A DNA stretch of 64,000 nucleotides from a virus. Positions 49,401-58,035 of the stretch are shown here, piece after piece. The notes under the pieces are model-generated. The model saw only the letters and a program-made list of their open reading frames with translations. It was not told the DNA's origin and searched no databases. The translations under genes were made by a program, and so were the position numbers. Position 1 is the stretch's first letter; each line of letters begins with the position of its first letter. The DNA is taken from positions 16,840 through 80,839 of the IMG/VR virus record IMGVR_UViG_3300027801_002650; one strand, written 5' to 3'.

Positions 49401-51067
49401 ACAACCGTACCATCTTCTAACGTAAAGGAGTTGATCGAATGGATTGGGTGAAGGGACTTGATTCCTGAAGGATCTGCGTGGGTTGTATCGTACATCCTAA
49501 CACGGAGCATCGAGTTCTTGCCCTCTTCCTGTGCAAGGACAAATGCATTCTCAGTACCACCCGAGTGAGTAAAGGAAATATTCTGCCCTTTTATAAGAGG
49601 ATAATCTGGGAATGAAGTTCCGTTTTGATAATTACTATCACCATTAGCAAATACCTGCGGTATGGTAATAGTAAAGTAAAGTGCCGTGGCTAATGCTTCT
49701 CGAGTATTGTACTGAAAAATTGAGTTGGCATTTAAATTAAATCCAATGTACGGATAAATCTGTTGGTATGAATGGTACATAACGTATTCATCAGCCAACA
49801 CACCAACGATTGCTTTCTGATTCTTACCACCAGTATATGCTGGAAAAACCTCTACTTCATCGCCGACTTGATAACCCGTCCCTTGCTTCTCAACTCCCAT
49901 AAAGTCAATAGCAAAGTTATTTGATACTCTTATAATATCTGCTGTAGAAGTTACCCCTCCAGCACTCTCAAATGTAACTGTTTGGCCAGGAGAGTAATGG
50001 GAACCAGCAGCATATATCTCAACCTCAGAAACACCACCTCTAACTTCTGCTGTAAGATTTCTCTCAGGTCGGTCTGCAAAATCCTCATCCTCGATAAAGG
50101 TCGCGGGAAGAACTTCGATTGTTTCACCAACTAGAAAATCGAAGAGAGTTGGATTACCGGGAACTCCAGGAGAAGTTTCATCTACCCAATCTGGTAAACC
50201 CGACAGCTCTAAAACGTTGACTTCTTTGTTTTTTACTTGGTTTTTGTAGGAGTTGATTACGAGTGCTTCCACTCCGGAAGTCTTACCCCTGATACGCAAG
50301 CCAGTAAAATCAGATAAGGTAAATCCGTTTGGTATTCCAGCAAGGAAGGTAACAATTGGTGCTCTCCATCGACCATCAGAAGCACGAAGCAACAGAGTTC
50401 CAGGGAAGAATACATCAATATCCTCTCCATACACTAACTTGAATAACCATTGCAAGGTCTTATCAACACCCTTACGGTTGTTGAATGTACGAATCATCTT
50501 GGCAAGTTGCCGTTCGTTTACGTACCTAGCATTCTCCAACTCCGGAAAGTTGGCAAGTAAGGTATCTCTATATGTTTCGTTGAAGAATTTGAGGTCGGTG
50601 GTATCTACGTCCTGTAGATCCATCATGTAGGATGCCGCAAGAATGGCATTATAGGAGACGTCCTTTATACCAGCAGTATAATCTGCCCCTGGGGACTTAG
50701 ACCAAAATCCAACATCAAAGCGATCTTTGTGTTGTTCGACTAGGTCGTCCCATGAAAGACCTTCAGTGAAGATTCTTTCATCATACAGCATTTTCTGACG
50801 AGACTTGTACTGTACATAAATAGTACGACCCTCGTTAATTATTGCTTTGATCAACCCTTTAGCAGCAGATCTTTCCCCGAAGACCAATTGGTCAACGAAA
50901 AATAGTTCTGAAACATCCCTGTCGAGGTCGATACGTACGAGTTCTAACCACTCATAATATGCCTCGAGGAATCCCTGGAAATTTTGTCCAGAGTCTGCAC
51001 GAATAAATTCGGGCAGTTGTTCCTTGATCTGTGCTGAAACGTCTACGTCGTGTATTAATCCTGGCAC
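40430..51067 (-). CDS. gp7: baseplate wedge initiator, gp7-like, greatly extended (3545 aa)
   Basis: QLPEFIR...FLEAYYEW, KG...LFKLVYGE, LLRASDGRW, LQDSYYWQDFSY and HVAG motifs; sits between gp6 and gp8; GTG start. Confidence 0.82.
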   Translation of the reverse strand: MPGLIHDVDVSAQIKEQLPEFIRADSGQNFQGFLEAYYEWLELVRIDLDRDVSELFFVDQLVFGERSAAKGLIKAIINEGRTIYVQYKSRQKMLYDERIFTEGLSWDDLVEQHKDRFDVGFWSKSPGADYTAGIKDVSYNAILAASYMMDLQDVDTTDLKFFNETYRDTLLANFPELENARYVNERQLAKMIRTFNNRKGVDKTLQWLFKLVYGEDIDVFFPGTLLLRASDGRWRAPIVTFLAGIPNGFTLSDFTGLRIRGKTSGVEALVINSYKNQVKNKEVNVLELSGLPDWVDETSPGVPGNPTLFDFLVGETIEVLPATFIEDEDFADRPERNLTAEVRGGVSEVEIYAAGSHYSPGQTVTFESAGGVTSTADIIRVSNNFAIDFMGVEKQGTGYQVGDEVEVFPAYTGGKNQKAIVGVLADEYVMYHSYQQIYPYIGFNLNANSIFQYNTREALATALYFTITIPQVFANGDSNYQNGTSFPDYPLIKGQNISFTHSGGTENAFVLAQEEGKNSMLRVRMYDTTHADPSGIKSLHPIHSINSFTLEDGTVVERVDDTTYGGSVTANVQFKDMRIEDAAVYTDEIFGGIQSITVISTGVEFFDLPSALVKGRSNTAVYPTWTANTQEEVDYGGDGGKYTVSAYNTMQITTDESTMVFANGWSPTDPDYPISRVAAMETVRTTSIPGGLKTYVHGNAAFGEIRAELVGVLDRSSISYFTQEDWTLAADDTFYVMMEDDPDEEDRMLAEGDSLVLKVLFEEDVADPFLANQTLRVIDANGTLLLSFDGILIEDFRKQGTDGVINVPYLATNSIFQMLVRDPGSDFSQDFLPASDVITFGALNANLIPILSGTIKYEGEWKGYNGILSSPQVLQDSYYWQDFSYSIRSGFELSTYRDLVKRLLHVAGEQLFGEMIITINVNAQMFSGGDYGAKHDINYLLDANSHTNGPFGGPFLDRPFFNLEKEFLYTAANGAVAPFAISPWQANTEDQYADLDARLYNLQILHEPILHDGLFYANGQPVTWVITPGKTYNNPELTAQMPRFITENAILRPEGLLMEDQFQTTGPDYIYGEFPDAIAYKQFQHGARVDWKEFRYLRDLGEIKWIDESLNDYRGGYYYQVPDDSAEGAWYRIDLEGNNLLTEEDKHDLITEDSAQDLTFLPETYYGLTANSVTIVATQSNSSDLIVNGGDFSSDPITGVSVGQKFDIEFDAFEPHYQHSGYSFLIDDGVDDLAVAVESAYEEFRGQMLPAAVFSSPFSHEVFVFSPPLPFSYLWFQNGYASADAAGFNPATPSGVNYYIEKDTGEIGIYRLDYMLTPDRFVVTYISGDIINGGSLRRGDINTFEGRVNLKDASNNLLNRANFTAEINEIGLVNPSIENLTVVSGGNPSFEVPSVYTFTHEGSSNYNVARVSGPVLDWGGPSDIYGGGIHNAIIRQTVPQVLEFDGFDFLAETLITIQTSNTTASALSYPQNWFIPQTPSAPLMTVDVFPGYNYGEFTIDGVTHIADVRLRDVTSISTPGIMMFVDFNSISPGQWLRVGLSDSSSMYGVGFGMYLGKTADTIFIKNMGFATTPWGDTNFNIGSGSSPTYVYTVEDSPIESVPLANPAVYSMTPLGLNRHEAVYVAGHKIDFGGPTDRFNSGFETTISYYEGAEAAKTVRIKDNAGVDYTGPEIEKIIISDIVPHKFTGTSNGIMTVSSNIDGPGNFYRFDNMNGAGFNIGEIVCIKGTLIDGKQLDFKAEISSLGSLTVKLPETTFIPGGIFSGDHQYRNVTASLFAIQPANTGSLDHLNTDFVYSEYKVTPTGTNNEYTVTHLGGAVLNFGGDNNVYDQFVGNAIYLDGDANVATYNFTHYGPFEATMTDTNPPQFHIEEELSGSFITRNASFYRQEIQMTFGGEISAPFYLKIEDTTPGAVWNPINFDYPYWALDGRIYAEMQNEIDFDLPIDVTTQNFYNPLFDKERHPSDYDGTVYRDWRDNPTTIPEPYRVRYDRVIADLPDFNSFVFFAEQQNQDPTGNLQIVFEDDGNMLSEEFSADWQQAGANGSVHTHRDWFAFSEPTIVYHNNDFINTQIPSVLHISGSTQPEIYPTLNLYATPSMNVEIEIRGHGNPLVPTEYHYLPVHVAADEGWLNPEVVKPINMEMFILNDLGDFNVEIGEIIAIPTAVEIDILMVISATSTAVKLPLGRQCGLLIQETASVASSQMLYERLIMTPPEYHSTYYPDFVTTSAEKIGIDIGYNTTGELLITESSEQKVANTDVIGNFSSRMVTESQGFQLEYLAIEDECGDIPVEYHKEIYCFYDASTTFSVFTPTHSPQLEYNMQANVQFSVHPEAVEIEYHHSQSMPDTLAYVAGEQRVIDHTLIPYGLETESGGWHCLLDDNPNSAVTFEDNGYILNEEIPESIRNLVYNWDLVDRQFSEYNQEGSDLRRDTRGWSVIQDYPAYELDFGDIQPMNLTPVMWEPNRKPAQNVPYYFYTEDGNFLVYEDGDHINDEQARWWMPQTFPRHIEIELYLEVPPPYIAPPDRADVLLIDLTSIVVYSEPQLEMSDPIFYDASVTVSREIHNHLVPFNAGTIWWNFPQSPVYRSYSKDSDLREILDGGTPADVDGFAPKDIGACVVTSLHERSLTFEFIVEYNTATIYSYYEPILYMPEQDLIVRESHEWEEEFYLFVPRQQIITHSQYHRQNEFELDVQLPIDASTIVLPIHEVHDPILVGNLIGGSEFAEPEHEFHLGIVYAWTIATSDLGENVIHWDLTSFITPQITVSLDLSFESLIFDYDIVGCADVFPYSVTDRGPNYYGVTPYETIWTPIGDTALVHRRNDTNGLRINTYDSYPLAKQQDSDISAANNEWTVTAMFNIETFQSLDGHNRGNQDSNNWDPMWIWSQANDNEGPGFRFGINNRFMVFTYGDPDGANTFITRLEIDPTDTVPYNWPNRYRTRLDKWYSITISYNGRHCGAGINEFRTDDPETGWIEGTDDPLNNQFRFYLSELESGETTELSSSAHPLTVNTVTTAVPEGFTVGASGPETLRSSSNTGSFSTFYEHGMKVALVATHNRTLSGREIGGNSYDNRSGFGLDPMGWKSLEESSFVYVDDANNIAIEGVRDPNLKRVTANTTQIWTFGNGRNDGFMQQSIKGIYSSVPNNFLVDSTIMNSHALFLSGANTTHFTVGKPSGLGKDTPDFSNQFALFAGDVSTIEIDYIDPFLVPPQPISVNGAYTFAGNTTSLKTEYDFTYAGVTIDVTNLVPFQFAPFEITPVIQFNITATGDQFNGGTSALNNSNSQIITSIDYDWSIHSTDIRSHVIDVEKHVLQLNEIPLTTEIFELYANTITADLGGSILSDVGIPPDTGDIANLSFLVDATTEGTRHIETSYAVIQYGQGRIFIQGDDVQLHGLLIEEPLQFILAEEDDTPIITEVYDGEGGLATELDEFILAEGTYNTLILDAELGGSPFFITTETGFDLDLELFTGYGDSIIAGYDSLHDFVLTEKYDMVQQDDWLLTQQGHTILSDEPIRATKSEIILDSLSNPRTIADIVFEDFIRFDTHDGVSTLD

Positions 51068-51079
51068 ACCAGATATATC

Positions 51080-52954
51080 CTATGAATTTTGTGACGATGA
51101 TACTGTTGAAGTGTTCCGTGTTGGGTCATTCCCATCCCGATCAACTACAGCATGCATAGTTATTTTTATGTCCTCGTCCAAGATGGCGAGGATCTGGTCA
51201 CGCACTGGGGTAATATCGTTAATTGCAGGACGAACAAAGACATCCAGTTTATCATTATCAAAAGAAAGAGGGCTAAACCCCTGTATCTCTATCTTACCTG
51301 AATCATAATGAACCTTACCTACGTTGGATTTTACAATAGTTTTTTCCAAAGAATTTGGATCGACATAAATAACTCTCAGTCTACCTTGTACAGTATTTTC
51401 AAGATGTAGATCCTCAAATTGACAATTAGCAACTTCAGATCCTGCATCGTTTTCGTGCGAGAATTTTGTTGAGGTTAGTGTGCCGACGTAAGATTGATTA
51501 GGTAAATATAAAGTATTATTCGTTTTCAAATCTAAGTTGTTCTCAGATACGATTGAAGGTATGAATGTTTTTCTAAGTCTGACCGACGTCAAGTTATTTC
51601 TAATGGAAAGGTCTTGTCCGTCTATTTCTGCAATCAAACTTGAATACCTGAATATTCGATCGAAAGTTAACAACTCACCTTTGCTGAAATTCTTAATATA
51701 GGTTGCTACATTCTGAGCTATAATTTCTTGTGGAGTAGGAGTAGCATCAGGATTATAGTACATGTCTATTGTAAGTTCAACAAAGGTATAATCTGGATCA
51801 ATGACGTTTATCCTTATAGCAACAAGATTCCTCTCAGTTAGTTGAAGTCGAATATTTGTTTTTTCGACGTATGAATAGAATGCTCTATTCTGAGGTTTGA
51901 CTGCTATGTAAACATCACCGTATTTTGGAGGGTCATTGTCTTCCCCTCCCCATCCTGTTAGGGAATCTAAGTTCGGTACGAGGACTCTGGTGTATGCCAA
52001 GTAATCCTGGAGAGTAACGCACCTGCCTTGAGCAGCAAAATATTTAGGTGCATTGTATTTTATTTCAGCAACTGCTTCGCGAGGTTTGCCTCCACTCGAT
52101 GCCTGTACTGTTGTAATGATTGCTTCGCTCTGTCCTCCTATTGTGCCTGTGGGAACAAAGTCAAATGCTTTATTGGATGCTTCGCCATTCGTAGAAATGT
52201 AATCAAACAAAACGACGTTGCCGTCTTCGATTTTACGTCCGAGGGTATTATTACCAAATGTGACTTCGTATCTTGCACCATCTATCTCGTCAAGATAATA
52301 GACATTTGATGTGCCAAAGAGCTCAGTTACGTTGTTAGCAATGTGCCAGGTGGATGAGGTATCGTCTAATTGGCTTGACTGAATAACCACGTCAAGAGTA
52401 TTTACGTCTGCCGTTATGTTTTTAACAAGAAACTGTTGATCGGGATTCGTCTCATCATTAATATATGAATGACGAATCGGAGTTCCTTCACGGATTTCTA
52501 TGTTGTTGGCAAAATAGTCACCAGTCCTACTTGGTTTTACAGTAATTGTCTCAGTGGTAACGTAGAAATAAGATTCTCCGTTAACTGTTGTAGAAAATTC
52601 TGTGTACTCTTCTAGGATTAATGGATCAGCAGTTGGTGTATCGGGAATGATCTGAACATTAATAACTGCCATCGGGGCAACCGCAGATCTAGGGGTATAG
52701 CCTATTGCCTTTGCTTTTGAGACAACGTTGTTTCTTAACTGAGCAGATTGCAAAAAGGATTCGTTAGATAGTTGATTGACATAGTACGCATTGTAAAATG
52801 TGTTATACGCCAACATATCTGCCATCAAACTGAGGTTTGATCCCTCAAAGTCAAAATCGGCAAATTGATTCTTGGATTTAACGAATTGCATTAGATTCGA
52901 TTTAATATTATCGAAATCTAAATCGGAAACCTGTAAAGCAGTGTTTACTGCCAT
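51080..52954 (-). CDS. gp6: baseplate wedge subunit gp6
   Basis: LDFDNIKSNL, FDFEGSNL, LAYNTFY, NESFLQSAQLR, GYTPRS, FGNNTLG, QGRCVTLQDY, WGGEDNDPPKYG. Confidence 0.93.
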   Translation of the reverse strand: MAVNTALQVSDLDFDNIKSNLMQFVKSKNQFADFDFEGSNLSLMADMLAYNTFYNAYYVNQLSNESFLQSAQLRNNVVSKAKAIGYTPRSAVAPMAVINVQIIPDTPTADPLILEEYTEFSTTVNGESYFYVTTETITVKPSRTGDYFANNIEIREGTPIRHSYINDETNPDQQFLVKNITADVNTLDVVIQSSQLDDTSSTWHIANNVTELFGTSNVYYLDEIDGARYEVTFGNNTLGRKIEDGNVVLFDYISTNGEASNKAFDFVPTGTIGGQSEAIITTVQASSGGKPREAVAEIKYNAPKYFAAQGRCVTLQDYLAYTRVLVPNLDSLTGWGGEDNDPPKYGDVYIAVKPQNRAFYSYVEKTNIRLQLTERNLVAIRINVIDPDYTFVELTIDMYYNPDATPTPQEIIAQNVATYIKNFSKGELLTFDRIFRYSSLIAEIDGQDLSIRNNLTSVRLRKTFIPSIVSENNLDLKTNNTLYLPNQSYVGTLTSTKFSHENDAGSEVANCQFEDLHLENTVQGRLRVIYVDPNSLEKTIVKSNVGKVHYDSGKIEIQGFSPLSFDNDKLDVFVRPAINDITPVRDQILAILDEDIKITMHAVVDRDGNDPTRNTSTVSSSQNS

Positions 52955-53352
52955 TATCTACCTCTCTGCAAAACTTGTGAAACTTCAACTTCCTGTGTAG
53001 TATCTAGTATTACGCACGTCACAAAAATATCATAACGATGCTTTTCTTCGTCAGGAATGACCTGGACGGACTTAACACTTACCCGTGGTTCTTGCGTCGC
53101 AACAGCAGAACGAATACGGTTTTCCATTCTACTGGCCGTAAGGTTCGTCATTGGTTCAAACAGCATTTCCTTTAAACCAGCACCAAGATCAGGTCTAAAC
53201 AACCTTTCATAAGGACCAGTTGATAATATATTTAAGATCGATGCTTGAACTGCCTGCTCGTTTGTTATTTCGTCGACATCCTTAGTTACAGGATTCCTTT
53301 TCATAGACAAGGAAATATCAGAAAACGTCGTGGGTATTGGTTCAGTAGCCAT
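52954..53352 (-). CDS. gp25: baseplate wedge subunit / sheath initiator gp25
   Basis: NPVTKD, AVQASILNI, ERLFRPDLG, LFE and EPRV motifs; directly upstream of gp6. Confidence 0.93.
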   Translation of the reverse strand: MATEPIPTTFSDISLSMKRNPVTKDVDEITNEQAVQASILNILSTGPYERLFRPDLGAGLKEMLFEPMTNLTASRMENRIRSAVATQEPRVSVKSVQVIPDEEKHRYDIFVTCVILDTTQEVEVSQVLQRGR

Positions 53353-53356
53353 ACAG

Positions 53357-53367
53357 TATTTAGGTTT
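53357..53367 (-). promoter_or_regulatory. candidate T4-type late promoter (AAACCTAAATA) upstream of gp25
   Basis: Fills most of an 18-nt intergenic gap, 4 nt before the ATG; identical to the motif at 40418-40428. Confidence 0.55.
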
Positions 53368-53370
53368 CGT

Positions 53371-56300
53371 CTATGCTACGTCTTCCACTAAAGGAATATT
53401 TTTAGTAATAGCAACAATCTCTCCTGAACTTGCCGGCACCAAAGGATCTGTGACATCAAGGAAAGCAAAGTTTCGACTCTCGCCAGCACCATTTTTAGAG
53501 AACACCATGTAGTACATTGCCTCAATTGGAAGGGCAACATCGGCGACAGGTCTTGAAATCTCTCCAAGATCATCGTCGGATATTGGGGTAACTCCATGAT
53601 TTATTATTCCTGTGTTGGCCGCATGTGCAGTAAAAGCACTTGAGTCTAGTGGAACTGCCAATGCTGTATCCGTAAATAAATCTATTATTTGAGCATTTGC
53701 TGTGCTAACTGAAGCATAATAATCATTATTATTTAGTTCCGTTGTTCCTGCCACAGCAGAGAAGGATATCAATTCCCCTGTCTTAACACCATGTACCTCT
53801 TCTTCCATTGAGATTTGTGTAGAGGTTCCAAGAGAAACAGCACCAACAAACCCCTGTGCATTTGATTTTCTGCCAGTAACATCCACTCTTGTAAAATCCT
53901 CAGTACCATAGTAGATTGTATAATTATCAACAAAGGATTCATCTAACGCAGGAGTAATATCAAATGTACCTGTAATAAAGTTTGGCGTATTCGTAATATC
54001 CTCGAAATGTATTCCCTCAGGTGCGAATCGTGGAAAATATCCATTATCATTAATCGCAATGTTGTAGGAAGTTCGTTGTACTACCTTTTGCCCTGGGACA
54101 TTCTGTTTATCACGAGCAGAGTAAATCATGAAGTGAGTTACCGTCTTATCGAGGTCTGTCAATGGAACTGATGTCGTGAGTAAACCATTCTGGTCAATGG
54201 AACGATAGTTTACGTCTGTCCCAATCTGCGCACCGACTTGCGAGACGGTATTGGTTGCCAGATTGTACTCGCCAAAGAAAACTCTATAAACATCATCGAT
54301 ACCAAACTGAGACACGTGCCCATCACCTCTTTCAATTTTAATATCACCTGCGATCTTATATCTATCTGGTTCTGAATCTGTAAACGCAGCAGACTTAGCA
54401 CCCACCCTTGGTGCTGTAATCTTCCCAAGATCATATTGAACAACAGGAGACAAACCATTTTGGTTCTCAGAATATACCAGCATAGTTTCCATCCTACCGA
54501 AGTCATCAATATCAAGTTGCTCACCAGTAATTGAGACAGTCTGTATTCCTCCACCAGCAGGCAAAATCACAGACCTCCAAGGATCTGTAGTCAAGTCACT
54601 ACCATTTGAATCCCCAAAGAATATTCTATATCCTAATACCGATGAGGTATCCTCAGGTCCAGACTGATCTTTATCCTCAATAGTAAATGATAGATTAGTA
54701 AGAAATGCCTCGTTGATAGAAACAGAGGAAACAACCTCATCTACGATTACTTCAGGTTGTGCAGGCAACGTTGTCGAAATAGGAATGACATGCTCAGCAT
54801 CGGATTCTCTTGACGTATAAAAAGTAACATTCCCAAATTTATTTAAAATACTACAGAATGAAACAAGTAATACGTGAGTAGTACCCTTAGGTATTGTATT
54901 TGCTCCGACTTCAACATCCTTGGCAAGTGGAATATCATTTGTTACTGATTGTTCAAAATCTAATCCCTTTGCCAACCATGAATGTATTTCTTGTGATCGA
55001 ATGTATGTAATATTTTCAAACTCATCTTTTTCTGCCTTTGCCCAATAAAGAGTGTATCCTATTACTTCCCCATTTCTTTCTTCTTCGGCAGTCAACCTCT
55101 CGACCTCAAATTTCCAGAAAAACTTTAGCTTATCTGATCCTGCTCTCATTTGATTAGAGTTAAATCCTAATGCTGCAGCATCTAGCAAGTTGTCAGTTAC
55201 TACTCCTGTTTGGGTTGAGTTTGGATCACGAAGTGCTTGATTAGCATCTAGAGCAGCATTTTCGGCATCAGTTTCTGATACATAACCACCACTTCCCTGT
55301 AAACCTGTTCCAGCATTTTCAAACTTATCAGTTCCGCCTTCAGATAAATCCAAAGTAGTAACCAATCCATCATCTATATCATTTGGAAGCACCATTAAAT
55401 CTTTGGAAATATCACTATTTCGATTCATATCTTCAGAGAACATTGAATCAAAATGACCACCTCTTCGAAGGGTTTCAGACAACTGTTCTTTAATTTCACT
55501 CTGGAACCCAGTTAGGGATTTCTCCAACAACCCACCATATTTTTGTCTGGCATCCTCGAAATTCTTAAATGCTTGGTTGGTGTTTAGGAACTTCATAAAT
55601 GCCCCGAAGTCTGATTCAGCACCAAGCAGCATAACTGCGAATGAATACTTCAAGTGTTTTGGTGGTGCTCCATCTGCTGTCTTCAGTTCGTTCAATTTTT
55701 GCTGGAGACCTGCCTTTCCATTAGCACTAAAAGTCACTCCGTAGATACCGGAGTCTGCAAGTTTCGCCAGTGCCTTTAGCCACTCGAGAAAGTTTACTAT
55801 TCCCGTCTCGAGGTCTTTTAAAAACCCTATCACATCATCAAGTAACTGCACTATCTCAGAAAGGGCATTCGCTCCACCTTTTGCTAATCCTCGTAAGAAC
55901 TGAGTAAACCCCAAAATGGTATTTCTAACAGCGAAGGCAAAGTCTGGGAAGAACTCGGCGACTGTAATCTTTTGAGCAAAGTCTGGAGCCACCGAAGGTG
56001 GAAAATCATATCCACTAAAATCACCCAACTCAGTATTAAATGTACCGAGAACACATGCCTTAGAATCTGCCCCAGTCATTTGTCGATTAACATCAATATT
56101 TCCTTCTCCATCCTCAACTGCTACATAAACCAATTCACCTAGCTGAAAAGGTTGTCCCTCGATTGGTTCGTATTTACCCTGACCCTGTGAATTTGTATAA
56201 GGCATTACTTGAAGTCGTTGAGCACTGTACGCTGATTTTGTATTCGATGAAAATTCTAATTCTCCTGTGCCCGAAGCAGTAGGAACATTATAAGCACTTT

Positions 56301-58035
56301 GGGTGTCTTGTCCTATGATCTTTTCGTTCTTCGCCATTGTGTCAGTCAAAGTTGAATAAGGATTGTAAACATTTCCTCTGTCGTCGACAGCAACTACGTC
56401 TTCCCTTTCAGTTCTTTCGTTCTTTAACACGATGACTGTATTTTTACTTTGCTCACCAATCAGCAAAGTTCCATCTTCAATCTTGTAAAAGGTTTCCTGT
56501 ACCTGTGATTTTGGAAAGAAAGGATTATTGAGTGCTGCTGCTGAGAGTGGTTTTGATGCTACAACCTGACATATGTTTCTTATATGTATCGACCTTACTT
56601 TTGTATGTTCGTTAAATGCCATTGTCAATCGAGCAGTCAGGTCTCCGAAATATTTGTCGAATCCATTAAACACGCGACCCAAAAGTTCTAGAGTCTCAAT
56701 AGGTATGCCATCGATGGTTGCTGCACCAGCATAGAAAATAGCACCTGAGTATTTTGAAAATCCACTATCTAACTCAGCATCGAGCGATGATTCATAATCA
56801 ACTGATTTAAAGAAACCAAAGTCATCGCCTTGGAATGGAGCACCCTTTGTGTCTCCAGCATTAAATCCGAACAGTTTTGGACGACCGAATTTATCTCTCT
56901 TTGGTCTTCCTGGCTCGCCATAAACTTCTTCTACATCGCTTTCTATTGACGCCAGAGAAGCATTTACAGCATCAAGTTTTGCCTGTATAGCACCTTTGTT
57001 CTGGGCAGCAGCATTACTTAAGATTGCTTCGAACTGTAATTTCTGTGAATGGGCAAAGAAGTAATTTTGGGGATTTTTTATTCTCTCTTCTTTTCTATCT
57101 TGTTTAGTCTCACCAGTATGAAGTTCAAAAAGTGGTGCACCAGGTCTGTTGAAATCCCCCTTGTCATCAAAGGCAGACGCCATTGCGTCAAGTGTATCAC
57201 TAGGGGATAACTGTGTTAATCCAAGTGACTCTGATCTTTTGCCAATGTACGCTAAACCAGTATCCATAAGGTAACGTGCCGATCTGGCAGTCGTGCCCAG
57301 AACTCCATCATCGTTTCCGCTATCGTCGTCTGTGATATTTCCTAGATCTGATTTGCCTGATCTTTCTGCAATGATCCTGGATGCTTTAGATCCATACTTT
57401 GCTACAAATCCTTCGACGATAAAAACATCATCCTTGATCTCATTGTATATGTATCGCAATAGAATATTTTTCTTTTCAGCAGGAGTAATTTTAAGAGCTG
57501 TCTTTGTGCTAATTTTTGCTACGTATTCTGTTGCTGCGATTTCATAAGGTTTTAGAAACTGCTCACTTATATACTTCGGTCTTCGAGCACGTTCTGCGTC
57601 TCTTACCTTTTGTGAATCTGGAAGGGCACTATTAATTTTGTATGCCATCTGAAGCATTTCATATGCTACCGATGTATCTTCTATTTCCATCACGTCTTGT
57701 AACAACTGCCCAGGATAACGGAACTCAGCATCTGCCTTAAACTTAGCAACCTTTTCCAGATCAGTGTTACCTGAGTGAATCACCATGTAATAAATCCCTA
57801 CGTTGAATAGGGAGTTGACATAGTCTTCGATCGCCTGACACAAAACCTGAATAGCAATGAAAAAAGGATTTGCCAAACCTGTGAGCAGAAGTTGCAGGAA
57901 GGCAACATTAGATTGTGCCAACTGCGCAAGTTGCTTTACAACCTTAATACAGCTATCTATATCTTTTAGAAAACTGTTTACTGCCTTTTTGTTGTTCGTC
58001 GCAAAGGTAAGACTACTCCATTTATCATCAGCCAC
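53371..58035 (-). CDS. large hypothetical, probably virion protein (1554 aa): duplicated helical segments, Fn3/Ig-like repeats, FCCH-like C-terminal module
   Basis: Located in the baseplate cluster. Repeated Yx(I/L/V)(Y/F)(W/F/Y)(G/A) strands; HGVKTGELISFSAVAGTTELN resembles the FCCH-like module of phage structural proteins. Confidence 0.7.
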   Translation of the reverse strand: MADDKWSSLTFATNNKKAVNSFLKDIDSCIKVVKQLAQLAQSNVAFLQLLLTGLANPFFIAIQVLCQAIEDYVNSLFNVGIYYMVIHSGNTDLEKVAKFKADAEFRYPGQLLQDVMEIEDTSVAYEMLQMAYKINSALPDSQKVRDAERARRPKYISEQFLKPYEIAATEYVAKISTKTALKITPAEKKNILLRYIYNEIKDDVFIVEGFVAKYGSKASRIIAERSGKSDLGNITDDDSGNDDGVLGTTARSARYLMDTGLAYIGKRSESLGLTQLSPSDTLDAMASAFDDKGDFNRPGAPLFELHTGETKQDRKEERIKNPQNYFFAHSQKLQFEAILSNAAAQNKGAIQAKLDAVNASLASIESDVEEVYGEPGRPKRDKFGRPKLFGFNAGDTKGAPFQGDDFGFFKSVDYESSLDAELDSGFSKYSGAIFYAGAATIDGIPIETLELLGRVFNGFDKYFGDLTARLTMAFNEHTKVRSIHIRNICQVVASKPLSAAALNNPFFPKSQVQETFYKIEDGTLLIGEQSKNTVIVLKNERTEREDVVAVDDRGNVYNPYSTLTDTMAKNEKIIGQDTQSAYNVPTASGTGELEFSSNTKSAYSAQRLQVMPYTNSQGQGKYEPIEGQPFQLGELVYVAVEDGEGNIDVNRQMTGADSKACVLGTFNTELGDFSGYDFPPSVAPDFAQKITVAEFFPDFAFAVRNTILGFTQFLRGLAKGGANALSEIVQLLDDVIGFLKDLETGIVNFLEWLKALAKLADSGIYGVTFSANGKAGLQQKLNELKTADGAPPKHLKYSFAVMLLGAESDFGAFMKFLNTNQAFKNFEDARQKYGGLLEKSLTGFQSEIKEQLSETLRRGGHFDSMFSEDMNRNSDISKDLMVLPNDIDDGLVTTLDLSEGGTDKFENAGTGLQGSGGYVSETDAENAALDANQALRDPNSTQTGVVTDNLLDAAALGFNSNQMRAGSDKLKFFWKFEVERLTAEEERNGEVIGYTLYWAKAEKDEFENITYIRSQEIHSWLAKGLDFEQSVTNDIPLAKDVEVGANTIPKGTTHVLLVSFCSILNKFGNVTFYTSRESDAEHVIPISTTLPAQPEVIVDEVVSSVSINEAFLTNLSFTIEDKDQSGPEDTSSVLGYRIFFGDSNGSDLTTDPWRSVILPAGGGIQTVSITGEQLDIDDFGRMETMLVYSENQNGLSPVVQYDLGKITAPRVGAKSAAFTDSEPDRYKIAGDIKIERGDGHVSQFGIDDVYRVFFGEYNLATNTVSQVGAQIGTDVNYRSIDQNGLLTTSVPLTDLDKTVTHFMIYSARDKQNVPGQKVVQRTSYNIAINDNGYFPRFAPEGIHFEDITNTPNFITGTFDITPALDESFVDNYTIYYGTEDFTRVDVTGRKSNAQGFVGAVSLGTSTQISMEEEVHGVKTGELISFSAVAGTTELNNNDYYASVSTANAQIIDLFTDTALAVPLDSSAFTAHAANTGIINHGVTPISDDDLGEISRPVADVALPIEAMYYMVFSKNGAGESRNFAFLDVTDPLVPASSGEIVAITKNIPLVEDVA

